Part shown: in pieces, positions 46,966 to 54,783 of the stretch
How the letters are laid out: each line of letters begins with the position of its first letter
How positions within the stretch are numbered: position 1 is the stretch's first letter
NCBI GenBank assembly: GCA_964473325.1
Contig: CAYYOG010000004.1
Coordinates: 48,258-112,257 of the forward strand
Direction of reading: 5' to 3'
DNA: 64,000 nt
Origin: an uncultured Thermotogae bacterium
Lineage (GTDB): Bacteria > Bipolaricaulota > Bipolaricaulia > RBG-16-55-9 > DRXL01
Program-made: the position numbers and the translations under genes
Notes under the pieces: model-generated
Told to the model about the DNA's origin: nothing
What the model saw: the letters and a program-made list of their open reading frames with translations, nothing else
Databases searched by the model: none

Positions 46966-47738
46966 CCTTGTGGAAGAAGGCCACGAGCAGATAGGAGCTC
47001 GCAGATTTTTCTGGCGACTTCTTCAGGAGAGCCTTCTAAAAATTCTGCGCGCTCAGCAACCTGCGGCTTCGCCATGCGAACGACCTTGACTGGACTCGAC
47101 GTTGACACTGCGGGTGCAGCAACGCTCTCGATCTTCTGGGATTTCATGGCAGCCCGAACCTTCACTACGGGCACGTAGCGTGGCGGCTGCTCGGCCGATT
47201 GAATCCCTAGAACTGCCGGCAGAGGGATCTCGAATTCGCCGCGTATCCCGCCGGCATATTCTCGGGTTACGAGAGCCCTCTGATCCGTAATCTTCACCGA
47301 TGAGATGATCCCCAAGTAAGGCAGCTTCAGAGCCTGCGCGAGGCTCGGGGCCAGCAGCCCATCGAGGTCATCAATTGCTTGAACCCCCGTCAGAATAAGA
47401 TCTGCTGGCCACGCCTCAGCGAGAGTCGTCAGGGTTTGGGCAAAAAGCCGCGCGAGGCCAGCAGTACTGGAAACGCTCTGTGGAGCGGAGACCTTGATCG
47501 CCCGATCTGCTCCCTTCGCTAAAGCAGTAAAGAGAACATCATCGACACCGGGAGCCTCCAGCGCTAGAACCGTCACTGTCCCGCCATGACGCTCTTTCAG
47601 AAGCAACGCTTGTTCGAGAGCGTGTTCGTCACGCTCGTTGGCAATGAAGCGAAGATCGGAAAGATCTAAAGAATTTTCAGAAATTTTTAGCTCCTCTACG
47701 ACGTCAGGCACCATCTTGAGGAGAACGAGAATCTTCAT
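46962..47738 (-). CDS. etfB: Electron transfer flavoprotein beta subunit
   Basis: MKILVLLKMVPD, DEHALEQAL, ALAKGAD, LTGVQAID. Confidence 0.92.
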   Translation of the reverse strand: MKILVLLKMVPDVVEELKISENSLDLSDLRFIANERDEHALEQALLLKERHGGTVTVLALEAPGVDDVLFTALAKGADRAIKVSAPQSVSSTAGLARLFAQTLTTLAEAWPADLILTGVQAIDDLDGLLAPSLAQALKLPYLGIISSVKITDQRALVTREYAGGIRGEFEIPLPAVLGIQSAEQPPRYVPVVKVRAAMKSQKIESVAAPAVSTSSPVKVVRMAKPQVAERAEFLEGSPEEVARKICELLSARGLLPQG

Positions 47739-47749
47739 GTTCAGCTCCG

Positions 47750-50140
47750 CTAAACCAAAACTTGTACAGCTTTCTCTATCTCTTCTTCCGTCACGGTAGC
47801 TAATAGCTTTTCTAGCTCTTTGAGCTTTTCCACGAACTTGTCGGCCTCGCTGGCACTGAACCAGCCCAGCTGTAATCGTTCGGGATTAATGCCTTTGGCC
47901 ACAAGCTTCTTCCTCCAGCGAGTAAACCGCTCTTTGGCCTTGAGGTTCCCCTGAATATAGTGGCACTCTCCTTCGTGACACCCGCTCATCAAGACGATTC
48001 CCGCTCCTCTCTTGAAAGCGTGCAGAACGAAGGCCTCATCGATCCGCCCGGAGCACATCGTCCTGATAATTCTGACTGAAGCGGGGTACTCCATGCGAGA
48101 GATCCCGGCCAGATCAGCCGCTGCATACGAACACCAATTGCAAGCAAATACGAGTATCTTCTCTTTCGCGTTGGTTTCCAAAGCCGCATCTATCTGGGCC
48201 AAGATCTGCTCATCGGTGAAGTGGCGTTGCCTGATCGCGTTACTTGGGCACTCGGCAACACAGGTCCCGCAGCCTTGACAGGCAGCCTCGGTGATCTTCG
48301 CTTTCCCGTCCATCTGAGCCGCATGGAATGGGCAGACCTTCTCACAGAGCTTGCACGCCGTACACTGCTCTTCGTTGACTACAGCTGTCAGGGCTTCGAT
48401 CTTGATAGCGCCTTCTTTCATGAGGCGGCTAGCTCTGGAAGCGGCGGCCTTGGCTTGAATGGAGCTCTCTCGAATGTCCTTAGGGCCCTCTGCCGTGCCA
48501 GCGAGGAATACGCCAGCGATAGCCGTATCGACGGGCTCAAGCTTCGGGTGCTTCTCCAAGAAGAATCCCGTCGCGTCGCTTGAAAGATTGAACTTCTTTT
48601 GGAGGTCCTTGCTCCCTGCTCCTGGCTCTAGACCGACGGAGAGTATCACCATATCGACGGTCTGCTCATAGACTTCACTGAGCAAGATATTCTCCCCGCG
48701 GAGGGTGAGACTCTTATCTGGATTCTCGGTGATTTGAGAGGGAATGCCCTTAACGAAACGAATTCCTTCGGTGCGCGCACGCCAGTACATCTCCTCAAAG
48801 CCCTTGCCCTTGGCCCTGATATCTATGTAATAGACTGTGATCTGAGCTGAGGGTAGTTTCTCCTTGAGCAAGAGGGCCTGCTTGATGGTGATCATACAGC
48901 AGATGCCGCTGCAGTAGGGATGGGCCCCAAATGCAGCGTTGGTTGCGCGTGAGCCCACACACTGAATAAACGCTACCCGCTCAGGAGGTTTGCGCGTGCT
49001 GGGCCGGATCAGCTTGCCCCCGGTGGGACCAGTGGGGCTGATAATGCGCTCGAAATCCAGCGTCGAGATGACATCATCGAATCTGCCGTATCCATACTCA
49101 GGAATGCTGCTGGGATCGAAGGCATCCGCTCCGGTAGCGACGATGACCGTGTCCGCATGGATTTGAAACTCTCTTTCGTAAGGGGTGTCAAAACTGATAG
49201 CTTTGGCCTGGCACGCTTCTATGCACCTCTCACACGCGATAAAGTTCTCTTTATTCAAGCACGCTGCAGGATCTATAGCATATTCAGCGGGCACAGCTTG
49301 GGGGAAGGTCTTGTAGATGGCCTTTCTTTGGGAGAGCCCCGCGTTGAACTCGTCAGGGACCGTGATAGGACAAACGGCGACACAGTCGTTGCAGCTGGTG
49401 CAGTCCTTACTCACAAACCGAGCTTTTTGTCTAATGGTCACGGAGAAATTACCCACGTGGCCTTTGACTTCTTTGACCTCAGCGTTAGTTAAGAGCTGGA
49501 TGTTAGGATGGCGAGCCACCTCGGACATCTTGGGCGCTAAAATACACGTGGAGCAGTCCAGGGTGGGGAAGGTCTTGTCCAGCTGGGCCATCCGGCCACC
49601 GATGAACGGCTCCTTTTCTACTAGATAGACTGTATAACCGGAATCAGCGAGATCCAAAGCTGCTTGAATTCCAGCGATCCCGCCGCCGATGACCAGACAA
49701 TGGGAGCCGATGGCGATCTCGCTGTCTTTGAGTGGCTGAAGCAATCGCGCCCGGGCCACCGCCATCTTAATGAGATCTTTGGCTTTTTCTGTCGCTTGAT
49801 GGCCGTTCTTATGCACCCAGCTGGCTTGCTCGCGGATGCTCGCCATCTCAAATAAATACTTATTCAAGCCGGCTCGCTCACAAGCCGCCCGAAAGGTGGG
49901 CTCATGCATCTTCGGCGAGCAGGCAGCGACCACCACTCGGTTTAATTTCTGTTCTTTGATGTCGAGCTCGATCTCGCGCTGGCAAGGCTCTGAGCAGGCG
50001 TACATCATGGTTTTCGCGACCACGACGCCGTCTAAATCCTTAGCGAACTCCGCGACTTCTTTGACATCGACGACGCCGGCAATATTCGTGCCGCAGTGGC
50101 AGATGTAGACCCCAACACGGATTTCTTCTGTCGGTTTCAT
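47750..50140 (-). CDS. hdrA: Heterodisulfide reductase subunit A fused to MvhD
   Basis: VYICHCGTNI, VAACSP, VIGGGIAG, QLDKTFPT.DC, QCVGSR, CSGICC, four CxxCxxCxxxC motifs; C-terminal MvhD FACNWCSY..CSGRID..GCHEGECHY. Confidence 0.92.
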   Translation of the reverse strand: MKPTEEIRVGVYICHCGTNIAGVVDVKEVAEFAKDLDGVVVAKTMMYACSEPCQREIELDIKEQKLNRVVVAACSPKMHEPTFRAACERAGLNKYLFEMASIREQASWVHKNGHQATEKAKDLIKMAVARARLLQPLKDSEIAIGSHCLVIGGGIAGIQAALDLADSGYTVYLVEKEPFIGGRMAQLDKTFPTLDCSTCILAPKMSEVARHPNIQLLTNAEVKEVKGHVGNFSVTIRQKARFVSKDCTSCNDCVAVCPITVPDEFNAGLSQRKAIYKTFPQAVPAEYAIDPAACLNKENFIACERCIEACQAKAISFDTPYEREFQIHADTVIVATGADAFDPSSIPEYGYGRFDDVISTLDFERIISPTGPTGGKLIRPSTRKPPERVAFIQCVGSRATNAAFGAHPYCSGICCMITIKQALLLKEKLPSAQITVYYIDIRAKGKGFEEMYWRARTEGIRFVKGIPSQITENPDKSLTLRGENILLSEVYEQTVDMVILSVGLEPGAGSKDLQKKFNLSSDATGFFLEKHPKLEPVDTAIAGVFLAGTAEGPKDIRESSIQAKAAASRASRLMKEGAIKIEALTAVVNEEQCTACKLCEKVCPFHAAQMDGKAKITEAACQGCGTCVAECPSNAIRQRHFTDEQILAQIDAALETNAKEKILVFACNWCSYAAADLAGISRMEYPASVRIIRTMCSGRIDEAFVLHAFKRGAGIVLMSGCHEGECHYIQGNLKAKERFTRWRKKLVAKGINPERLQLGWFSASEADKFVEKLKELEKLLATVTEEEIEKAVQVLV

Positions 50141-50679
50141 AATGGGAGAGATCGCACCCCGTGCTCGTAGCCTGTGTGAAAGGCTGCTTCGTTCAGTTCT
50201 TGGGCCTTCTTAGGAACGGTATCGAGAATTGCTTGTTGCATCGCTTGAGGACTGACAAGCTTGGTCACCGCCGTGAAGAAGCCCAGCATGACAATATTCG
50301 TGACGACCCTCGTGCCGAGCCCTTCCGCAAGGCGATTGGCCCCAATCTTGTAGATCTGGGCATCGCCATGGTTGTGTGTATTTATAGTGACAAGGTCTTC
50401 ATCGAAAATAATGATCCCGTGGAGCTGGTGAGCACCATAGACGTTATAAGCCTCTTGAGACATAAATACGGCAATATCCGGTTTGATAACCTTCGGGTAA
50501 TCGATAGGGGCGTCAGAGATGATGACATCAGCACTGACTCTGGCTCCACGGCTTTCTGGCCCGTAGGACTGAGTCATGACCGCGTTCTTCTTGTCGAGAA
50601 GGGCGGCTTTCCCCAAAATGAAGCCAGCTGTAACGACACCCTGACCGCCAAAACCGCTCAATCTGACCTCAACTTTCAT
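50137..50679 (-). CDS. korC: 2-oxoacid:ferredoxin oxidoreductase gamma subunit
   Basis: SGFGGQG, SYGPESRG, NIVMLG. Confidence 0.88.
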   Translation of the reverse strand: MKVEVRLSGFGGQGVVTAGFILGKAALLDKKNAVMTQSYGPESRGARVSADVIISDAPIDYPKVIKPDIAVFMSQEAYNVYGAHQLHGIIIFDEDLVTINTHNHGDAQIYKIGANRLAEGLGTRVVTNIVMLGFFTAVTKLVSPQAMQQAILDTVPKKAQELNEAAFHTGYEHGVRSLPL

Positions 50680-51530
50680 GATGTGATGACCCCGGCTTTT
50701 TGTAGCACTTCGCGCTGTCTCTCGAGGAAAGTAGGCCTTTCTCTATCGATGAAGTTTCCCAGCACGATCTTCGAGCCTTTCTTCATGGTGATCCCAATCT
50801 CATGGAGATCGGCGTGCGGGTCAATGACGGAGCTCTCTTGGTACCATTTCATTTCATCGAGTCCCATGCCCAAGTCATTAGGGCGACCAAAGCTCGTAGG
50901 GCATGGGGCTAGGACTTCGATAAAAGTGAACCCGTTCTTCTCAAAGGCTCTGCGGATCGCATCCCGGAGGTGACGGACATGCAGGGTCGTCCACCGCGCT
51001 ACGAAGACTGCGCCCGCTGCCGCAGCCAGATAGGGCAGATTAAACCCGTCCTCCGAATTGCCGTAGGGGGAGGTCGTCGTAAACGCATATTCTGGGGTAG
51101 TTGGCCCCAGCTGCCCCCCAGTCATGCCGTAGTTGAAATTATTCACACAAATAACGTTCAAGTCTATATTCCTGCGGGCTGCATGGATGAAGTGATTACC
51201 GCCGATGGCGAACAAGTCCCCATCGCCGCTGAAGACAGTGACTTCTAAGCTTGGGTTGGCAATCTTCAGGCCAGTCGCAAACGGGATCGCCCGGCCATGA
51301 GTCGTGTGATACGAATCGATGTTCACGTAGCCGGCAACTCTGCCTGTACACCCGATGCCTGAGACGATGATCTGTTTTTCGATGGGGATTGGCGCGCTGC
51401 GCATGGCTTCAATATAAGCCATCATAGCCACGCCGAGGCCGCAGCCAGCGCACCAGATATGGGGCATCCGATCTGCACGTAAGTACACGTCTTCAGGGTG
51501 TGTATCTGCCTTACAAATCGCTGTGCTCAT
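50676..51530 (-). CDS. korB: 2-oxoacid:ferredoxin oxidoreductase beta subunit
   Basis: WCAGCG, SGIGC, HGRA, TPP motif SGDGDL.AIGGNH, NYGMTGGQ, PCPT. Confidence 0.92.
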   Translation of the reverse strand: MSTAICKADTHPEDVYLRADRMPHIWCAGCGLGVAMMAYIEAMRSAPIPIEKQIIVSGIGCTGRVAGYVNIDSYHTTHGRAIPFATGLKIANPSLEVTVFSGDGDLFAIGGNHFIHAARRNIDLNVICVNNFNYGMTGGQLGPTTPEYAFTTTSPYGNSEDGFNLPYLAAAAGAVFVARWTTLHVRHLRDAIRRAFEKNGFTFIEVLAPCPTSFGRPNDLGMGLDEMKWYQESSVIDPHADLHEIGITMKKGSKIVLGNFIDRERPTFLERQREVLQKAGVITS

Positions 51531-51539
51531 GAGAATCTC

Positions 51540-52664
51540 CTAAACGCATTCTTCAATAGCTGCAGTTATAGCTTCGGGAGGCATCATATCTCCCCCAGCG
51601 TGCACAACTCGCTTCACCGGATAACGGGCGAAGCGCTCTACCTCCCGCGCCATCTGGCCCAGGTTCACTTCTGGGACGATGAACTTTCTGTCTGCAAGTT
51701 CCTTGATCTTCTCTTCAGGGAATGGCCAGCACGTGATAAGTCGCAGCAAGCCAACGCGGATCCCGCGCTCCCTGGCCTCTCGCATAGATTTTCTTGCTGA
51801 GCGCGCTGTCGAGCCGTACGCCACGAGCACGATCTCCGCATCTTGCAAGAAATACTCTTCGTATTCGATGATCTCGTGTCTGTGTTTTTGGATCTTCTGC
51901 ACGAGGCGGGCGAGCATCCGTTGATGCGCTTCCGCGGTGGTCGCAGGATAGCCTCGCTCGTCATGGGTCAAACCAGTAACGTGGATTCTGTATCCCTCTC
52001 CAGCGAGCGCCATAGGAGGTACAAGGTCTTCATCGGGCTCAAAAGGCTTGAAGCCATTCTTCCTCAGAGGCCGCTTTCTGTTTATAATCTGTATATCTTC
52101 TTCCTTGGGAATGACGACCCGCTCGATCATATGGCCTACGATCTCATCAGCCATGACGAAAGCAGGCACTCGATATCTTTCGGACATATTGAACGCTTTG
52201 ATCGTGAAGTCGAACATCTCTTGGGGGGAGCTGGGGGCATAGGCGATGACCTCGTAATCGCCATGGGAGCCCCATTTGGCTTGCATCATATCGGCCTGGC
52301 TCGTCAGAGTTGGCAACCCTGTAGAGGGCCCTCCTCGCTGGACATCAATAATAACAAAAGGGGTCTCCGTGATGAACCCCAGGCCAATGTTCTCTTGCAT
52401 CAAAGAGAAGCCCGGCCCGGAAGTAGCAGTCATTGCTTTCAACCCTGCACAAGAGGCTCCGAGAACGGCAGCGATGCTTGCCAACTCATCCTCCATCTGG
52501 ATGAAGTGGCCTCCGACTTGGGGGAGCCTGCGGGCCAACCGCTCGGCAACCTCACTAGACGGTGTAATTGGGTATCCCGCGAAGAAACGGCACCCCGCGG
52601 CAATAGCTCCTTCGGCCGCCGCGAAGTCGCCGTTCATGAAGTGCTCTCCCGTCAGGACTTTCAT
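51540..52664 (-). CDS. korA: 2-oxoacid:ferredoxin oxidoreductase alpha subunit
   Basis: GYPITPSSE, QMEDE, TATSGPGFSLMQE, QRGGPSTGLPT. Confidence 0.92.
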   Translation of the reverse strand: MKVLTGEHFMNGDFAAAEGAIAAGCRFFAGYPITPSSEVAERLARRLPQVGGHFIQMEDELASIAAVLGASCAGLKAMTATSGPGFSLMQENIGLGFITETPFVIIDVQRGGPSTGLPTLTSQADMMQAKWGSHGDYEVIAYAPSSPQEMFDFTIKAFNMSERYRVPAFVMADEIVGHMIERVVIPKEEDIQIINRKRPLRKNGFKPFEPDEDLVPPMALAGEGYRIHVTGLTHDERGYPATTAEAHQRMLARLVQKIQKHRHEIIEYEEYFLQDAEIVLVAYGSTARSARKSMREARERGIRVGLLRLITCWPFPEEKIKELADRKFIVPEVNLGQMAREVERFARYPVKRVVHAGGDMMPPEAITAAIEECV

Positions 52665-52670
52665 TCTCTC

Positions 52671-52926
52671 TCACCCAACTTCGACGCTGTAAATGGCAAA
52701 CTCTGGACAGATCAACATACAGGTCTTGCAGTCTACGCAGGCTTCTTCTTGGCCGGCCTTCACTCGAGGAAGATGGTACCCTTTGCTGTTGATCTCCTCA
52801 GATTCTTCTAAGACTTTCTTAGGGCAGAATGTCCAACAAAAGCCGCATCCCTTACATCGTTCGGGGATGATATGGACGCGCCCTCGAGGGGTTCTCAACT
52901 TCTCTCCGAGGAGTTTTTGTGCACTC
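52671..52926 (-). CDS. korD: 2-oxoacid:ferredoxin oxidoreductase delta subunit (2x4Fe-4S)
   Basis: [28 protein letters not shown]; start assumed near MSAQKL (approximate). Confidence 0.85.
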
Positions 52927-53416
52927 ATACGCTCTTTTTTTAGTATAAATGGTTGACACAAAATTGCCATGACGTTGATCATGATAAGTATTGATTCTAC
53001 ACAGATATCGCTTGCTGGCCCTCTTGATAGATGTCATGACTTCCAACTGCAAAGATCACTACAATAACAAACAGTTACCCCATTGGCTGTAGAATTGCTG
53101 AAGCGCCGTAGTCGCTATGGCTCACCCCCCAGCCTGCCGAGCGAGGCCGTCTGAGTAGCTTTTCTACAGCTTGGCTGGGTCGAGTATCTCTTGCTTGCTT
53201 GGATTCGAGCCAGCCTGTGACTTCACAGACTTGATCGACAAAGACAAAGCTGCGACAGATGTTGGCTGTAAGATGAAACGCGCGAGTGAGTATGAGGAAG
53301 AAACGTGCGGCAGGGCATCGGTTACGTTCCGGACATTGAGCATCTGGGGAGAGCATGGCGAGACTACTCTAACCGATACTGGGGGGCAGAACAAGTTAAT
53401 CCACTCCCAAGGGTTA

Positions 53417-53445
53417 TTGACGTGTACCCTATCAGGTGTTACAAT
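53417..53445 (+). promoter_or_regulatory. sigma70 promoter of tRNA-Gly/Arg/His
   Basis: TTGACG-17-TACAAT. Confidence 0.75.
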
Positions 53446-53458
53446 TATTAAGACCTCC

Positions 53459-53530
53459 GCGGGCGTAGCTCAGAGGTAGAGCACTGGCCTTCCAAGCCAG
53501 GTGTCGCGGGTTCGATTCCCGTCGCCCGCT
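53459..53530 (+). tRNA. tRNA-Gly (TCC)
   Basis: GCGGGCG/CGCCCGC; CTGGC-CTTCCAA-GCCAG; GGTTCGAT. Confidence 0.95.
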
Positions 53531-53533
53531 CCC

Positions 53534-53603
53534 CCAGGCTTCGCCTGGACCGTACATCTTCGCCAGCCACAGGCTGGCGAAGACGAGGCCCACGCGCAGC
53601 GTG
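53534..53603 (+). repeat. Repeat family B, copy filling the Gly-Arg spacer (right TIR absent)
   Basis: CCAGGCTTCGCCTGGACCGTAC..CTTCGCCAGCC/GGCTGGCGAAG..GGCCCACGCGCAGCGTG matches the reverse complement of 42754-42837. Confidence 0.88.
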
Positions 53604-53678
53604 CGCCCGTAGCTCAATGGGAAGAGCAGGGCCCTTCTAAGGCTCAGGTTGCAGGTTCGAGCCCTGCCGGGCGCGCCA
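53603..53678 (+). tRNA. tRNA-Arg (TCT)
   Basis: GCGCCCG/CGGGCGC; anticodon loop CTTCTAA; GGTTCGAG; CCA encoded. Confidence 0.93.
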
Positions 53679-53679
53679 G

Positions 53680-53749
53680 CAGGCTTCACCTGCACCGTAC
53701 GCCTTCGCCCGCCAGAGGCGGGCGAAGATGAAGCCCACACGCAGTGTGT
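53680..53749 (+). repeat. Repeat family B, copy filling the Arg-His spacer (right TIR absent)
   Basis: CAGGCTTCACCTGCACCGTACGCCTTCGCCCGCC/GGCGGGCGAAGATGAAGCCCACACGCAGTGTG. Confidence 0.88.
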
Positions 53750-53827
53750 GAGGGACGTAGCTCAGCCTGGCAGAGCATCGGCCTGTGGAGCCGACCGTCG
53801 CGGGTTCAAATCCCGTCGTCCCTCCCA
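53750..53827 (+). tRNA. tRNA-His (GTG)
   Basis: Encoded G-1 opposite C73; AGGGACG/CGTCCCT; TCGGC-CTGTGGA-GCCGA; CCA encoded. Confidence 0.95.
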
Positions 53828-53828
53828 G

Positions 53829-54251
53829 ATGCGCCATAATATAATAATATGGGTTGGCATAGTGCTGATGGTGGGGGCAATAGGTCTCTCTGGGTGTGCT
53901 CCGCTTGTTGTGGAGGAAGCCCAGCTCGATGAGCCCTTCACACTTTTTGTCCGACAAAAGGCCCAAGTTGGCGATCTCCAGATTCGCTTTATCGGCGTGC
54001 CAGAGGACTCTCGGTGCCCTGTTGGTGTCGATTGCGTCTGGGCTGGAAACGCAAAGATCGTGCTGGGCGTCTCCCTTAAAGGCAGTACGGAAGAGACTGC
54101 AATCACTCTCAATTCGACTGTAGACCCTCAAGAAGCTCTCTACGCGGGCTATCGCATTCGGTTTGTCTCCCTCAAGCCGACGCCCCTCAGTGGACGCGCG
54201 ATCAATCCTGCAGAGTATCGCGTCACTCTGATCGTCTCGCGGGCACCCTGA
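53829..54251 (+). CDS. Conserved hypothetical lipoprotein
   Basis: MRHNIIIWVGIVLMVGAIGLSGC lipobox; EDSRCPVGVDCVWAG Cys-pair motif. Confidence 0.75.
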   Translation: MRHNIIIWVGIVLMVGAIGLSGCAPLVVEEAQLDEPFTLFVRQKAQVGDLQIRFIGVPEDSRCPVGVDCVWAGNAKIVLGVSLKGSTEETAITLNSTVDPQEALYAGYRIRFVSLKPTPLSGRAINPAEYRVTLIVSRAP

Positions 54252-54261
54252 TATTCTTTGA

Positions 54262-54783
54262 TCAGGAGATCACGATCACGAAAAGTTCTTGCGGCCCGTG
54301 CACGCCGATCACGGGCGTCAGTTCTATATCAGCTGTGCGGCTTGGCCCGGTCACGAAGACAAAATCCCGCGGGGTGCGTTCGAGCTCTCTCTGGCAGAAC
54401 GCGAAAGCTTCCTCGAGCGTCTCAACAATCTGATCGGCGCGAATGACAGCAATATGCACTGGCGGTAGCGCCGCGACCAATTCTGAAATCCCATCATGAC
54501 TGATGAGCAGCGAGCCTGTCTCGGCGACAGCAAGTTCAGCTCCTGAAATCCCGACATCGGCGCGGGCGATCTCATGCCCGTTGACAAGCTCATAGCCGTC
54601 TTTGCGCAGCGTGTTCTCTACCCTGTGCGCAAGAGCAAACGGTGCGAGGGCGACAGCGCGGGCGTGGCGCGAGCGTACGATCTCCAACACAAGCTCCAGG
54701 GCGTGCTCTTCAGAGCTAGCGCGGTGAGCTTTTCCCGCGACGCGCTCTAGCTCGTCTATGAAGCGTCCCACAAGATCGTTCAT
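54262..54783 (-). CDS. lutC: LUD-domain protein LutC/YkgG
   Basis: AVAETGSLL, LPPVHIAV, VTGPSRTADIE..V.GVHGP. Confidence 0.88.
   Translation of the reverse strand: MNDLVGRFIDELERVAGKAHRASSEEHALELVLEIVRSRHARAVALAPFALAHRVENTLRKDGYELVNGHEIARADVGISGAELAVAETGSLLISHDGISELVAALPPVHIAVIRADQIVETLEEAFAFCQRELERTPRDFVFVTGPSRTADIELTPVIGVHGPQELFVIVIS

Noticed and set aside
47750-50140. HdrA as evidence of methanogenesis or archaeal contamination
   Set aside because: HdrA is widespread in anaerobic bacteria, and the flanking tRNAs, promoters and core genes are bacterial
50161-52811. Long plus-strand ORFs (270 and 322 aa) opposite the kor genes
   Set aside because: Antisense shadows of conserved genes with no recognisable motifs
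53530-53760. Repeat-tRNA-repeat periodicity resembling a CRISPR array
   Set aside because: The 'spacers' are canonical tRNAs, the repeats are ~70 bp and divergent, and there are no cas genes
53432-54251. ORFs spanning the Gly/Arg/His tRNAs (53432-53740, 53501-53731, 53649-53828 extension)
   Set aside because: Read-through of tRNA and repeat sequence; the true lipoprotein start is 53829
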